Shown here one piece after another: positions 8,800-18,811 of a stretch of DNA of 64,000 nucleotides; position 1 is the stretch's first letter, and every line of letters starts with the position of its first letter. The notes under the pieces were generated by a model. That model saw nothing but the letters and a program-made list of their open reading frames with translations, had not been told where the DNA came from and searched no databases. Origin of the DNA: Vulcanimicrobiota bacterium. GTDB lineage: Bacteria; Vulcanimicrobiota; Vulcanimicrobiia; Vulcanimicrobiales; Vulcanimicrobiaceae. Location of the stretch: assembly GCA_963714015.1 (NCBI GenBank), contig OY970223.1, positions 1,248,001 to 1,312,000 on the forward strand. Direction: 5' to 3'. The position numbers and the translations under genes were made by a program.

Positions 8800-9755
8800 C
8801 GACTGCAGTCGATCTATCGGTTCGCATCGGCAAGCTCGAGCTGGATTTTCCGACGCTCATGGGCAGCGGATGTTATGGATCCGGCGAGGAGTTTGCTCCG
8901 TTCGTCGACCTGGCAAGCATCGGCGGTGTCGTGCTCAAGAGCGTTACGCGCTTGCCCCGTCTCGGCAATCAGACGCCGCGTTTGGTGCATACGCCGGCAG
9001 GGATGCTCAACGCGATCGGATTGCAAAATCCCGGCATTGAATACTACTTGGAACACGAGGTCGCCAAGTTCAAGTCGCGTCCTTGCAAAGTCGTGGGAAG
9101 CGTCGCGGGGTTCTCGGTCGACGATTACGCTTACGTTGCCGAGCGATTAGCCGCGCGCGACGAGATTCACGCGATCGAAGTGAACATCTCGTGTCCGAAC
9201 GTGGCGTCGGAAGGCGAGACGTTTGCTTGCGATCCCAATCTGACCGCGCGGGTGGTCCGGGAAGTGCGCAGCGTGACGGACAAAACGCTGATCGTCAAGC
9301 TCTCGCCCAACGTCACCGATATCGCAACGATCGCTTGCGAAGCCGAGCGCGCGGGCGCAGATGCGCTTGCGGTCATCAATACCGTTCGCGGCATGGCTAT
9401 CGACGTTCAGACGTGGAAGCCGCGGCTCGGCAACGTCACCGGCGGCCTCTCCGGTCCCGCCATTCGCCCGATCGCGGTGCTCGCAGTGTACGAAGTTGCG
9501 CGCGCGGTGAAGGTTCCAATCGTCGGACAAGGCGGCATCGAAACGCTATCGGACGCATTGGAGTTTTTTTTGGCCGGCGCTACGGCGATCTCGATCGGAA
9601 CCGCCAACTTCACCGACCCGCGCATTCCCGTGCGGATCGCGGCCGAGTTGCGCGCGTATTTGGCAGCGCGCGGACTGCACTCGCTGCGCGATATTGCCGG
9701 CAAAGCAAACGTCGGTTTCGCCAGCCCATACCAATACGAGGGCGATGAAGGATGA
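8793..9755 (+). CDS. pyrD: Dihydroorotate dehydrogenase family 1B catalytic subunit
   Basis: GMLNAIGLQNPG, EVNISCPNV, VKLSPNVTDI, INT, GGLSGPAIRP. Confidence 0.95.
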   Translation: MVTTAVDLSVRIGKLELDFPTLMGSGCYGSGEEFAPFVDLASIGGVVLKSVTRLPRLGNQTPRLVHTPAGMLNAIGLQNPGIEYYLEHEVAKFKSRPCKVVGSVAGFSVDDYAYVAERLAARDEIHAIEVNISCPNVASEGETFACDPNLTARVVREVRSVTDKTLIVKLSPNVTDIATIACEAERAGADALAVINTVRGMAIDVQTWKPRLGNVTGGLSGPAIRPIAVLAVYEVARAVKVPIVGQGGIETLSDALEFFLAGATAISIGTANFTDPRIPVRIAAELRAYLAARGLHSLRDIAGKANVGFASPYQYEGDEG

Positions 9756-10475
9756 GCGCGCGTCTCGTCGTTGCGCTCGACGTTCCGGACCCCGGCCGCG
9801 CCGAAGCGCTGATCGATCGGCTTTATGAGCTCGATTTGATCTACAAGGTCGGATTAGAATCGCTTTACGGCTACGGGGAACGGATCTTTTCATATCTGGA
9901 AGCGCGCGACGTCCGCCATTTCATCGACGCGAAAGTTCACGACATTCCGCGTACTGCCGCCGCTGCGGTAGCGCAGCTGGTTCGTCACGGCACGCACATC
10001 GTCAACGTTCACGCGCTCGGAGGAACGGCGATGATGGGCGCTTGCATCGAATCGGTAAAGCAGCGCTCGGCCGAGCTGCCGTATGCCGGTCCCCCACGTA
10101 TTCGCGGTGACGATTTTAACGAGCATGACGCAGCACGATCTGGCCGAGGTAGGTTTGGACGGCAACGCTGAAAAGAACGCGTCGCGCCTAGCGCAGCTCG
10201 CGCGTGACGCCGGCTGTTCCGGCGTCGTTTGCAGCGCCCGCGAAGTTCGCGCGATTAAGGAGTGCGTGGGATCCGATTTCCTGACGCTTACGCCGGGGAT
10301 CCGTCCTGCCGGCACCGCCCATGGGGATCAGGTGCGCGTTACGACTCCGGCCGATGCGGTACGCGCGGGCTCCGATTATCTGGTCGTGGGACGGCCGATC
10401 GTGGAGGCCACCGATCCGCTGGCGGCTGCGAAGGCAATCCTGAGCGAAATGAACGAAGCACCGCTCTCATGCTGA
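9752..10475 (+). CDS. pyrF: Orotidine-5'-phosphate decarboxylase (one frameshift near 10080, probable sequence error)
   Basis: VVALD, DAKVHDIPRT in first frame; AVTILTS, TPGIRP, DQVRVTTP, VVGRPI in second frame. Confidence 0.9.
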
Positions 10476-11038
10476 ATGTGAACCTCGAACGCGAGCTCAA
10501 AGAACGCGGTGCGCTGCTCGGCGGGCACTTCAAATTGAGCTCGGGACGGCACAGCAACCGGTTCATCCAAAAGTTTCGAATCCTCGAAGATCCGTCGATC
10601 GTCGAACCGGTCGCGCGTGGGATTGCGGATGCATTTCGCGCAGAGCGCCCCTCAATCGTAGTCAGCGCGGCCGTGGGCGGCATCATCCTTGGTTACGAAG
10701 TCGCGCGCGCTCTGGGCACCAAAGCGATCTTCGTGGAGAAGGAGGGCGGCGTGCCGGTGCTTCGGCGCAGTTTCCACCTCAGTGCGAACGATCGCGTACT
10801 GGTCGTCGAGGACGTCGTCACGACCGGCGGTTCGGTCAAAGAAGTTCTCGGCGTCGTCGCTCAGACCGGCGCGCGGACGATCGGCGTCGGCGCGATCGTC
10901 AAACGCGGGGACGCTGATTTCGGCTTGAAGACGCATGCGCTGCTCGAAATGCCCATCGTGTCTTACGATCCCGCGGAGTGCCCGCAGTGTGCAGCCGGCG
11001 AGCCGATCGGCGATCCCGGCTCCCGCAGAGCGAAGTGA
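10469..11038 (+). CDS. pyrE: Orotate phosphoribosyltransferase
   Basis: GHFKLSSGRHS, VLVVEDVVTTGGS PRPP motif, C-terminal CPQC. Confidence 0.95.
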   Translation: MLNVNLERELKERGALLGGHFKLSSGRHSNRFIQKFRILEDPSIVEPVARGIADAFRAERPSIVVSAAVGGIILGYEVARALGTKAIFVEKEGGVPVLRRSFHLSANDRVLVVEDVVTTGGSVKEVLGVVAQTGARTIGVGAIVKRGDADFGLKTHALLEMPIVSYDPAECPQCAAGEPIGDPGSRRAK

Positions 11039-11508
11039 CTGCCAAGGCCGGCGTCACGATTCGCGAGGGCCGGCTCGACGACCGCCCATTCGTGCGCAGC
11101 CTCGGGCACCGCACCATTGCGGACTCGGTGGCCGCGTTCCGGCATTTCAATGCGGCGATGCTGGCCGCGAGCTACGACGGGCTGCTCGAATTCGTCTTTG
11201 CGCAGCCGCACGTCTTGCTGGTGGCGGAACGGGAAGGCCAACTTTTGGGTTTCGCACTCATGCTGACTTCGATGCCCGACGAGGTTACTCGCATGCCGCA
11301 AGGCTTCATCGCGTACATGGCGGTGGAAACTTCCGCCCGGCGCTGCGGTATTGCCAACCAGCTGCTTTCGGCCGCCGAAGAGGAAGCGCGGCGAATGGGG
11401 CTGCCGTATATGGGATTGATGGTCACCGAAGACAACGCTGCCGCGCTCAGGCTTTACGAGCGTTCCGGTTTCCTGACGGAGCGGCGTTTGCTGTGCAAGC
11501 CGCTCTAA
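11035..11508 (+). CDS. GNAT-family acetyltransferase
   Basis: MAVETSARRCGIANQLL, NAAALRLYERSGF; GTGA overlap with pyrE. Confidence 0.85.
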   Translation: MTAKAGVTIREGRLDDRPFVRSLGHRTIADSVAAFRHFNAAMLAASYDGLLEFVFAQPHVLLVAEREGQLLGFALMLTSMPDEVTRMPQGFIAYMAVETSARRCGIANQLLSAAEEEARRMGLPYMGLMVTEDNAAALRLYERSGFLTERRLLCKPL

Positions 11509-12644
11509 CCGAGAGCAGCCGGCGGCGGGTCTGGATTGCCGCCGGAGCGCTGATTTTTTTAGCGCTCGCGCTGATCTTTTTCACGCACATCCCGAAGACG
11601 GTGGCGATCTTCGTCACGGCTGCATTCGTGGCATCGGCGGTCGCGCCGGTCGTCGCGTGGCTCGAAGAACACCGTTTGCCGCGCGCGTGGGCGATTACCG
11701 CAGTCTACACGCTTTTGATCCTGTTCACGATCGTGCTGCTCGTGATCGTGGTGCCGATGAGCGTGGTGCAGTCGCAGCTGCTCATCGCCAATACACCGGC
11801 GTATTTGCACGCTGCTCAAGCATGGGCCATCGGCGCACAAGCGGCACTTCGCGCGCGTTTCCCGCAGGCCAACATTCCGCCCCAGTTGCTGAACATTCAA
11901 TCGTTCGGCGCCCAGCGGGTGAGCGAGATCCTCTCGGTGACGATCGCTTCACTCGGCGCCTTTGCGATCAACATCGCGACCGGGCTGTTCATCGCTTTTT
12001 CCGCGCTGACGCTTTCGTTTTTCTTTTTGCTCAACCATGAGGGACTTGCGCAAGGCTTCGCCGGGTTCTTCCCGCCCAGCAAGCGCGCGATGGCGCGAAG
12101 ACTTTCGACCGAAGCCGTGGGCGTCTTCGGCGGTTACATCGCCGGACAGGTGATCGTCAGTCTCATCACGGGCGTGGTCATCGGCGTGGTAACGGCGATT
12201 TTCGGGTTCAAGTTCGCGTTGTTGATAGGCATTTTGAGCGCGATCGGCTATGCGATCCCGATCATCGGCATGATCGTGGTGCAGCTCATCGCGCTGATGC
12301 TTTCCGCGCCGCAAGGGTTGTTCGTCGTCGTGATGGTTCAGGCGGTGATGTTCGCGATGGCTCGGGTGAGCGACAGCGTGCTGGTCCCGAAGATCATGGG
12401 CGGAACGGTCGGCGTCTCGCCGATTACCGTGATGTTTGCCGTATTCGCGGGCGGCGAACTCTTCGGTTTACCGGGATTGATCTTGGGAATCCCCGCGGCG
12501 GCGATTGCCCGGCTCCTGTGGCGCTATTTTCTGGGCCCTTGGCTGCACGGGCAGATCGACTCCGTCGACGACCATCGGCCCGAACCGCCGGCGATGATGG
12601 AAGATCCCGTCATCGAGCCGATCGTCGTGGTCGAACGCAGTTGA
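11493..12644 (+). CDS. AI-2E family transporter
   Basis: PVVAWLE, GGYIAGQV, IPIIG, LVPKIMGGTVGVSP, GGELFGLPGLILGIP; start approximate. Confidence 0.88.
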   Translation: MQAALTESSRRRVWIAAGALIFLALALIFFTHIPKTVAIFVTAAFVASAVAPVVAWLEEHRLPRAWAITAVYTLLILFTIVLLVIVVPMSVVQSQLLIANTPAYLHAAQAWAIGAQAALRARFPQANIPPQLLNIQSFGAQRVSEILSVTIASLGAFAINIATGLFIAFSALTLSFFFLLNHEGLAQGFAGFFPPSKRAMARRLSTEAVGVFGGYIAGQVIVSLITGVVIGVVTAIFGFKFALLIGILSAIGYAIPIIGMIVVQLIALMLSAPQGLFVVVMVQAVMFAMARVSDSVLVPKIMGGTVGVSPITVMFAVFAGGELFGLPGLILGIPAAAIARLLWRYFLGPWLHGQIDSVDDHRPEPPAMMEDPVIEPIVVVERS

Positions 12645-12949
12645 AGCGATTCCTCTCGGAGCCGCTCGAACCAATCTTCGGCGGCCCGTCCGCCGGCCCA
12701 CTTTATAGAGCGGGCGGCCATATGGAACCACTCCTGCCCGCAGCGTTTCGCCGGCAACACGAAAGACTGGACGTCGGCACCGTTTTGAAGACGTGGCGTT
12801 CGACGAAAGAGGACCGCGGGGACGTGTACCTCAAGCGGCACTGGTTCGAGTTTGAAACCAGCGCAAGCCGCAAAGCGGTTGTGTATTTCGATCGCGCCGC
12901 GCGCCGCGGCGGTCCGCATTGGTTTCTGTTTTCTTTAGAAGACGCGTAG
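12641..12949 (+). CDS. DUF6504-like hypothetical protein
   Basis: TTG start overlapping upstream stop; EPLLPAAF..VLKTWR..RHWFEFET..YFDR..WFL pattern. Confidence 0.6.
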   Translation: MKRFLSEPLEPIFGGPSAGPLYRAGGHMEPLLPAAFRRQHERLDVGTVLKTWRSTKEDRGDVYLKRHWFEFETSASRKAVVYFDRAARRGGPHWFLFSLEDA

Positions 12950-12950
12950 A

Positions 12951-13826
12951 GTGGAATATTTGCTTTTCGACGTATTCGCGGAGCGGCCGTTCCAAGGCAA
13001 TCAGCTCGCAGTCTTTCCGGATCCGGGCGGGCTGGGCGACGGCGCGATGCAGCGTCTGGCAAACGAATTGAACCTTGCGGAGAGTATCTTCCTCACGCGC
13101 ACCGGCAACGACGCGAGGCCGGCGTCCGTGCGCATCTTTACGCCTGCGCGCGAAGTGCTCTTTGCGGGGCATCCGACGGTTGGAGCGACGATCGCCATTG
13201 CGGACGTTCTCAAGTGGGTGCCCCAATCCGTCACCGAGTTCGTGTTGGAAGAACGCGTCGGCGACGTCGCCGTGCGAGTGGAACGATCGGGCGAGACGAC
13301 CGCGTGGCTGCGCACGCCGCCCGTCGACTTTCGCAAGACCTTCGACCGCAGCCTCGGCGCGGCGGCGCTGAGTCTGCCGAGCGAGCGCGTGCGGTCCGAT
13401 CTTCCCGTGCAAATCGTCAGCGCCGGAAACCCGTTTCTCTACGTTCCGCTCGTTGACGCGCAGGCGGTCGACGCGGCCGCATTGGACGTGCGAGCTCTCG
13501 GCAAATTCCTCACCAAATCGGATGATATCGTCGGCGTCTTTCTTTTCGCTCAGACGGAGCGCGGCACGTACAGCCGCATGTTTGCGCCGATGTCGGGCAT
13601 CGCGGAAGATCCCGCGACGGGGAGCGCCACCGGACCGCTCTACGCGTTCCTATTCCAAAACGGCGCCTTGAAAACTCCGGACGCTTGGTTTATCGCCGAG
13701 CAGGGCGTGAAGCTCGGCCGGCGCAGCGTTTTGCACGTGCGCGTGAACGCTGCCGGAGATCGTTTGGAATCGATCGACGTCGGAGGCGCCGCAATCCACG
13801 TGGGCGACGGCCGAATCAGCGTATAG
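12951..13826 (+). CDS. PhzF-family epimerase/isomerase
   Basis: DVFAERPFQGNQLAV, MQRLANELNLAE, RIFTP..FAGHPTVG, EDPATGSA, EQG. Confidence 0.92.
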   Translation: MEYLLFDVFAERPFQGNQLAVFPDPGGLGDGAMQRLANELNLAESIFLTRTGNDARPASVRIFTPAREVLFAGHPTVGATIAIADVLKWVPQSVTEFVLEERVGDVAVRVERSGETTAWLRTPPVDFRKTFDRSLGAAALSLPSERVRSDLPVQIVSAGNPFLYVPLVDAQAVDAAALDVRALGKFLTKSDDIVGVFLFAQTERGTYSRMFAPMSGIAEDPATGSATGPLYAFLFQNGALKTPDAWFIAEQGVKLGRRSVLHVRVNAAGDRLESIDVGGAAIHVGDGRISV

Positions 13827-13832
13827 CCGGGA

Positions 13833-15521
13833 CTACATCGTTTCGGGCGCGCTGACGCCCATCATCGCGAGTGTGCGCGCCAGCACCGTCTTGGTAGCCA
13901 GACAGAGTCCAAGCCTGGCCAAGCGCACCGGTCGATCGTCCACCAGAATCCGGCACTCATGATAGAACTGATGGAAGTCGGAGGCGATGTCGCGCGCATA
14001 ACGCGCGAGCCGGTGCGGCGCCAGATTATCCACGACGTTTTGCACGATGCGCGGAAGTTCGGTCAGCCGCCGCGCCAGCGCAATCTCCGAATCGTGCGTA
14101 AGCGCTTCAAGCGTTTGACCGGCTCGTGCGGCTAAAATGTCGGTCCCGTCGGCATTTTTGAAGACCGATTCGATGCGCGCATGACCGTACTGGACGTAGT
14201 AGACGGGATTGTCGTTAGTCTGCTCCTTTGCCAGCTCCAAGTCGAACGTCAGCGGCGACTCGGGCGAGAGCATGATGAAGAAGAACCGTGCCGCGTCGAC
14301 GCCGACTTCATCGATGATCTCGTCGAGCGTAACGATTTGGCCTGCGCGCTTGCTCATGCTCACCACTTCATTGCCGCGCATAAGCGTGATCTGCTGCGCA
14401 ATGAGCACCTCGAGGCGATCGCGATCGTAGCCGAGGGCTTCAGCCAATCCTTTGAGCCGCCCGATGTATCCGTGATGATCCGGACCGAGAATATCGATGA
14501 CTTTGTCCGCGCGCTGAAGCTTCTCGTAATGATAAGTCACGTCGTTGCTGAAGTACGTGGGCCGTCCGTCGCGGCGGATCAGCACGCGGTCCTTGTCGTC
14601 CCCATAATCGGTTGCGCGAAAGAACAGCGCGCCGTCTTCCGCAAACGTGTGGCCGAGTTCCGTCAAGCGCGCGATGCCCGCTTTGATGCGGCCGCTGTCG
14701 TGCAGCTCTTTCTCGCTCTGCCACAAATCGAAGCGCACGCCGAACCGATCGACGGTGCGCTGCTGCTCGGCGACTAGCGTATCGCGCCCGAATTTGGCGA
14801 CTGCGGGAAGCCAAACGTCTTCGTTCTCGTGCAGCCAGCGATCGCCGTCGCGCTGCACGAGCGCGCGCGCGATGGGGATGAGATATTCGCCCGGATACGC
14901 CTCTTCGGGCAGCTGATGCTCCGGTTCGTAGATTTGCCGGTAGCGCGCGTACAGCGAGCGCCCCAGGGTATCGAGCTGGCCGCCGGCGTCATTGACGATC
15001 CATTCGACGAAGACCTCATAGCCGCAGTAGCGCAGCGCTTTGGCGAGGGTGTCGCCGATGCTGCACGTGCGGCCTTGCACGACCACCAGCGGACCGGTGG
15101 GATTTGCGCTGCCGAACTCGAGCGAGATGCGCGCGTTCTTCTTTTCCGCTTGCCCGAATGCGGCGCCGTCGCGCATGATGCGCGCGATCATCGATTGCCA
15201 TACCGCCGGCGCCAGGCGTAGATTGATGAATCCCGCCGTCGGCGTCATGGCGGAAAAGAGATCGCGCAAGTTCGGATTGCGCTCGCCGACGGTTGCCAGG
15301 AGCGCGCCGGCAACTTCTTGCGGAGAGCGTTTCGCGAACTTGGCCAGCGAAAATGCGGCATTGGTGGCAAAGTCGCCGAACTCCGGACGCCGAGGCGCCT
15401 CAAAGCCTACCGAAACGTCCGCAGCTTGCGGATAGAGCTCGGCCGCGGCATCGCGCAGCGCTGCGGCAAACGCCGCTAACGCCGAATCAGGCAGCACGGG
15501 CTCAGTGGTGGTACGGCTCAT
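13833..15521 (-). CDS. argS: Arginine--tRNA ligase
   Basis: FGDFATNAA, EFGSANPTGPL, DDKDRVL, GPDHHGY, MSKRAG, NPVYYVQYGHAR, GVSAPETM. Confidence 0.97.
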   Translation of the reverse strand: MSRTTTEPVLPDSALAAFAAALRDAAAELYPQAADVSVGFEAPRRPEFGDFATNAAFSLAKFAKRSPQEVAGALLATVGERNPNLRDLFSAMTPTAGFINLRLAPAVWQSMIARIMRDGAAFGQAEKKNARISLEFGSANPTGPLVVVQGRTCSIGDTLAKALRYCGYEVFVEWIVNDAGGQLDTLGRSLYARYRQIYEPEHQLPEEAYPGEYLIPIARALVQRDGDRWLHENEDVWLPAVAKFGRDTLVAEQQRTVDRFGVRFDLWQSEKELHDSGRIKAGIARLTELGHTFAEDGALFFRATDYGDDKDRVLIRRDGRPTYFSNDVTYHYEKLQRADKVIDILGPDHHGYIGRLKGLAEALGYDRDRLEVLIAQQITLMRGNEVVSMSKRAGQIVTLDEIIDEVGVDAARFFFIMLSPESPLTFDLELAKEQTNDNPVYYVQYGHARIESVFKNADGTDILAARAGQTLEALTHDSEIALARRLTELPRIVQNVVDNLAPHRLARYARDIASDFHQFYHECRILVDDRPVRLARLGLCLATKTVLARTLAMMGVSAPETM

Positions 15522-15963
15522 TACGCGCGATCTTCGCCGCTCGGTAGAGTTGTTCCAGCACGATTGCGCGTGCCCACTCGTGCAGGAAGGTGAGCCGCGA
15601 AAGCGACCACACGAAATCGGCACGGCGGCGCAACGAGTCCGCCGCTCCGTAGGTTCCCGCAATGGCGAATGTCATGCGCCGAGTCCCCGCGTTGCCGACC
15701 GCTGCAACGCGGCGGCTGAGCTGCTCGCTCGATAGTTCCTCTCCTTCCCGATCGAGCAGCCAAAAGCAGTCGTCGTCGTGCAAAAGTTTGAGAATCCGTT
15801 CGCTTTCTTCGGCCATGGCCGCAGCCGGGTGCGTTCCGGCCGATGCTTTTACTTCGGCGATTTCCAAGGGGTAGTACGGCCCCAGCCTGCTCCGGAAATC
15901 GTTGCAAGCTGCGGCGACGTAACGCTCGCGCACCTTGCCGACGGCGATGATTCGCAGTTGCAT
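15502..15963 (-). CDS. rlmH: 23S rRNA (pseudouridine1915-N3)-methyltransferase
   Basis: IIAVGK, LSSEQL, SLSRLTFLHE, LEQLYRA, PYHH end. Confidence 0.93.
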   Translation of the reverse strand: MQLRIIAVGKVRERYVAAACNDFRSRLGPYYPLEIAEVKASAGTHPAAAMAEESERILKLLHDDDCFWLLDREGEELSSEQLSRRVAAVGNAGTRRMTFAIAGTYGAADSLRRRADFVWSLSRLTFLHEWARAIVLEQLYRAAKIARNEPYHH

Positions 15964-16011
15964 TCGCAGGCCTTTCGCAACGCGCGTGCGCGCGTCCGGG
16001 TTGATCCGTAT

Positions 16012-16590
16012 GTGGCGCAGCAGATGGGGCTGTTCGGAGCCGGTCCGAGGGTTTACGCCGACGACGAGACCGGCTCGATTGCATACTACCCGGCACTGTA
16101 CTCGGCGGCCGAGAGCGCGGATCTCTTCGATTTTCTCGAACGTTCGCTGCCTTGGGCGCATGAGACGATGTGGATGTACGACCGCACCGTCGCCGTGCCT
16201 CGCCTCATTGCGCGATTTGCGTCGGGCGATCCCATGCCGCAAGAGCTCGCGCAGGTCCAGGACCGGGTCGAGAGCTTTCTGGACGTGGCCTTCACCGCGC
16301 TCTCCGTTCAGTATTATCGCAACGAACTCGACAGCGTCGCTTGGCACAGCGATCACACCGAGGATCTCATCGAACTTCCGGTCGTCGCACTCGTCAGTTT
16401 GGGTGCCGCGCGCGAAATGCAGGTACGCAGCAAAGCTCGTCCCCGCCGCTCGTTTTCGCTCGATCTCGAGCCCGGCAGCCTCTTTGTGATGAGCGGCCGC
16501 GCACAGGATTTTTGGGAGCATCACGTTCCAAAATTGCGGCGCCCCACGCGGCCGCGCATCAGTGTAGCGCTGCGTCAGCGTAGAACGTAG
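16012..16590 (+). CDS. AlkB-family 2OG-Fe(II) dioxygenase
   Basis: VPRL, YYRNELDSVAWHSD (HxD), SLGAAR, EHHVPK, RISVALR. Confidence 0.9.
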   Translation: MAQQMGLFGAGPRVYADDETGSIAYYPALYSAAESADLFDFLERSLPWAHETMWMYDRTVAVPRLIARFASGDPMPQELAQVQDRVESFLDVAFTALSVQYYRNELDSVAWHSDHTEDLIELPVVALVSLGAAREMQVRSKARPRRSFSLDLEPGSLFVMSGRAQDFWEHHVPKLRRPTRPRISVALRQRRT

Positions 16591-17444
16591 CGCCGGCCCC
16601 GCCGCGCTTCGATACAGCCGTTCAGCTCGAGTATCGAAAGCGATGCAAGGACCGGTGCCGCTTGCGCTTGGGATCGCTCGAGAAGTGCGTCGAGTGTCGT
16701 CTCTCCTGCGGCCAGAATCTCCAGGATGCGAAGCTGCAGCGGATCCTCGGCAACCGGCCGCAGCGGTTCGGACATTCGTTGCGCTGGAACGTTCAAGCGT
16801 AAATCGTCGAGCACGTCCTGCGCGCTGCGGGCGAGGATCGCGCCGTCGCGGATTAGCGCATGGCATCCGGCGACATGCTTCCGGTCGACGTCGCCGGGGA
16901 CGGCGAAAACCGGAATGCGCCCCGCAGCCCAGCTTGCCGTATTGAGCGCGCCGCTTCGGGCGGGAGCTTCGATGACGACGACGGCGTCGACCAGGGCGGC
17001 GACCACGCTGTTGCGCGCCAGGAACTGGAACGGTTGTGCGTGGTGCTCCGGAGGATAGGGCGAAATCACGGCTCCGCCGGCCCCGAGCATCCGTTCCGCT
17101 ATGCCGATGTTGCGGCTTGGAAAGAAGGCGGCATGGCCGCCTCCCAGCACGCCGAGGGTGAACGAGCCCGCCTCCAGCGCGCCCTCGTGAGCGGCGGCGT
17201 CAATGCCTAAGGCGAGCCCGGAGACGATGCAGCAGCCCGCCGCTCCCAGTGCGCTCGCGAATTCACGCGCTTGGCGCTTTCCGTAAGCCGTGGCGCCGCG
17301 GGTCCCAACGATGGCGACTGCTGGTAAGCGCAGGCCCTCTAAGCTTCCGCACACCCAAATTTCACGGAAAGCGACGTTGCCGGCCGGGCGCTCGCCGCGC
17401 GCGGCGACCAAGGCGTCCCAAGGCAGAGGCAGGGGCGATTCCAT
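16575..17444 (-). CDS. dprA: DNA-processing protein DprA
   Basis: VAIVGTR, IVSGLALGIDAAAH, FLARN, VIEAPARSGALNTA, FAVPG, C-terminal wHTH. Confidence 0.93.
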   Translation of the reverse strand: MESPLPLPWDALVAARGERPAGNVAFREIWVCGSLEGLRLPAVAIVGTRGATAYGKRQAREFASALGAAGCCIVSGLALGIDAAAHEGALEAGSFTLGVLGGGHAAFFPSRNIGIAERMLGAGGAVISPYPPEHHAQPFQFLARNSVVAALVDAVVVIEAPARSGALNTASWAAGRIPVFAVPGDVDRKHVAGCHALIRDGAILARSAQDVLDDLRLNVPAQRMSEPLRPVAEDPLQLRILEILAAGETTLDALLERSQAQAAPVLASLSILELNGCIEARRGRRYVLR

Positions 17445-17568
17445 CACCGGCCCCATCACGCTCGTCCACGAGGAAACCAAGGGGGAAACTCACCGGCACC
17501 TGTGAATACCCCGCGCACACCAGCCCCGGTGAGGGTACCCCGCCGCCGGAGTTTCGAAGGAGTCAAAT

Positions 17569-17718
17569 GTGGCAGCAGAAGCCTACTGTGTGAAGTGCAA
17601 GACCAAGCGTCAGATTAAAGACGCCGTGCAAATCACGATGAAAAACGGTCGTCCGGCTACCGAGGGCAAATGCCCGGAGTGCGGGACCAAGATGTTCAAA
17701 ATCGGCGCCGCGAGCTGA
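17569..17718 (+). CDS. DUF5679-like zinc-ribbon small protein (49 aa), not in ORF track
   Basis: GTG after GAAGGAG; AEAYCVKCKTKR..MKNGRPATEGKCPECGTKMFKI, two CxxC pairs. Confidence 0.85.
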   Translation: MAAEAYCVKCKTKRQIKDAVQITMKNGRPATEGKCPECGTKMFKIGAAS

Positions 17719-17742
17719 GATTCGCCCCCAGCCGCAGGTTTC

Positions 17743-17780
17743 GTCGCCGATGAGCAGTGCTCTCGGCGACTTGTTTTTTT
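17743..17780 (+). terminator. Intrinsic terminator
   Basis: GTCGCCGA..TCGGCGAC stem followed by TTGTTTTTTT. Confidence 0.8.
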
Positions 17781-17807
17781 GCGCCGGGTTCCCTAGTGCC
17801 TTATAAT
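17779..17807 (+). promoter_or_regulatory. Sigma70 promoter for the nrdR operon
   Basis: TTGCGC-N17-TATAAT. Confidence 0.7.
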
Positions 17808-17857
17808 GGGGGCACCCACAAGATGTGGGCCGATCGCAGCCAGGGAGCTCACCCCAT

Positions 17858-18310
17858 TTGATTTGCCCGACATGCCGGAAGAACGAGACCCGCGTGGTGG
17901 ATTCGCGCGACGACGAGAACGTCGTGCGCCGCCGCCGCGAATGCCTCGATCCGCGCTGCAAACACCGCTTCACCACGTACGAGCGGATGGAAGCGCCGCG
18001 ATTGTTCGTCGTCAAGAAGGATGGTCGCCGGGAACAGTTCAGCCGGGAGAAGATCCTCGCCGGCCTGCGCCGGGCATGCGAGAAGCGTCCGGTCTCCGAG
18101 TCTCAGATGGAGGCGATCGCGGCAGGACTGGAGCGCGAGCTCTTCGCGCGTGGTGAGAGCGAAGTGCCGTCCACGACGATCGGCGAGAAGTTGATGGAAG
18201 CGCTGCGGAACCTGGACAAGGTAGCCTATATTCGCTTTGCGAGCGTCTACCGGCAATTTCGCGACGTCGAAAGCTTTCAGGAAGAATTGGCAACGCTGCT
18301 CTCCAAGTGA
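17858..18310 (+). CDS. nrdR: Transcriptional repressor NrdR
   Basis: CPTC..TRVVDSR..RRRREC..RFTTYER, ATP-cone, LDKVAYIRFASVY. Confidence 0.97.
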   Translation: MICPTCRKNETRVVDSRDDENVVRRRRECLDPRCKHRFTTYERMEAPRLFVVKKDGRREQFSREKILAGLRRACEKRPVSESQMEAIAAGLERELFARGESEVPSTTIGEKLMEALRNLDKVAYIRFASVYRQFRDVESFQEELATLLSK

Positions 18311-18316
18311 GCCGCG

Positions 18317-18811
18317 ATGCGGCCTGCCGTTACGGTATCCTTGAAGCGTTTGCCCGAGGGTGAGGGTCTTGACGTGCCGCTCTACATGAGCGCGCACGCC
18401 GCCGGCGCCGATTTGTTTGCCGCCGTTTCCGGCGATCTCACGCTGTTTCCCGGTGCGCGTGCCTTGATTCCGACCGGGTTCTCCATAGCCTTGCCGGACG
18501 GATTCGAAGCACAGATTCGGCCGCGCAGCGGTCTGGCGTATCGCAACGGCGTTACCTGTCTGAATTCGCCGGGAACCATCGACGCGGACTATCGCGGCCC
18601 GCTCTGCGTGCTGCTCGCCAACCTCGGCTCCGAGCCGTACGTCGTCCATCGCGGCGATCGTATCGCTCAATTGGTTGTCGCTCCCATTGCGCGGGCACAT
18701 TTTCAGATAGTGGACGAATTGAACGAAACGGCGCGCGCGGCCGGCGGCTTCGGCAGCACCGGAATCGGCACGGATGTCAGTCTCTCCGGCGCCCGCGGGG
18801 ACGCAACGTGA
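18317..18811 (+). CDS. dut: dUTP diphosphatase
   Basis: [36 protein letters not shown]. Confidence 0.96.
   Translation: MRPAVTVSLKRLPEGEGLDVPLYMSAHAAGADLFAAVSGDLTLFPGARALIPTGFSIALPDGFEAQIRPRSGLAYRNGVTCLNSPGTIDADYRGPLCVLLANLGSEPYVVHRGDRIAQLVVAPIARAHFQIVDELNETARAAGGFGSTGIGTDVSLSGARGDAT

Noticed and set aside
10070..10090. Programmed frameshifting in pyrF and the other split genes
   Set aside because: No slippery sequence or stimulator is visible, and the many scattered indels are better explained by sequencing error
10935..12644. 569-aa fusion ORF
   Set aside because: The N-terminal third is an off-frame shadow of pyrE/GNAT; only the AI-2E part is protein-like
15502..16866. 454-aa extended RlmH
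   Set aside because: The extension is antisense to the AlkB-like gene; RlmH motifs begin at 15963
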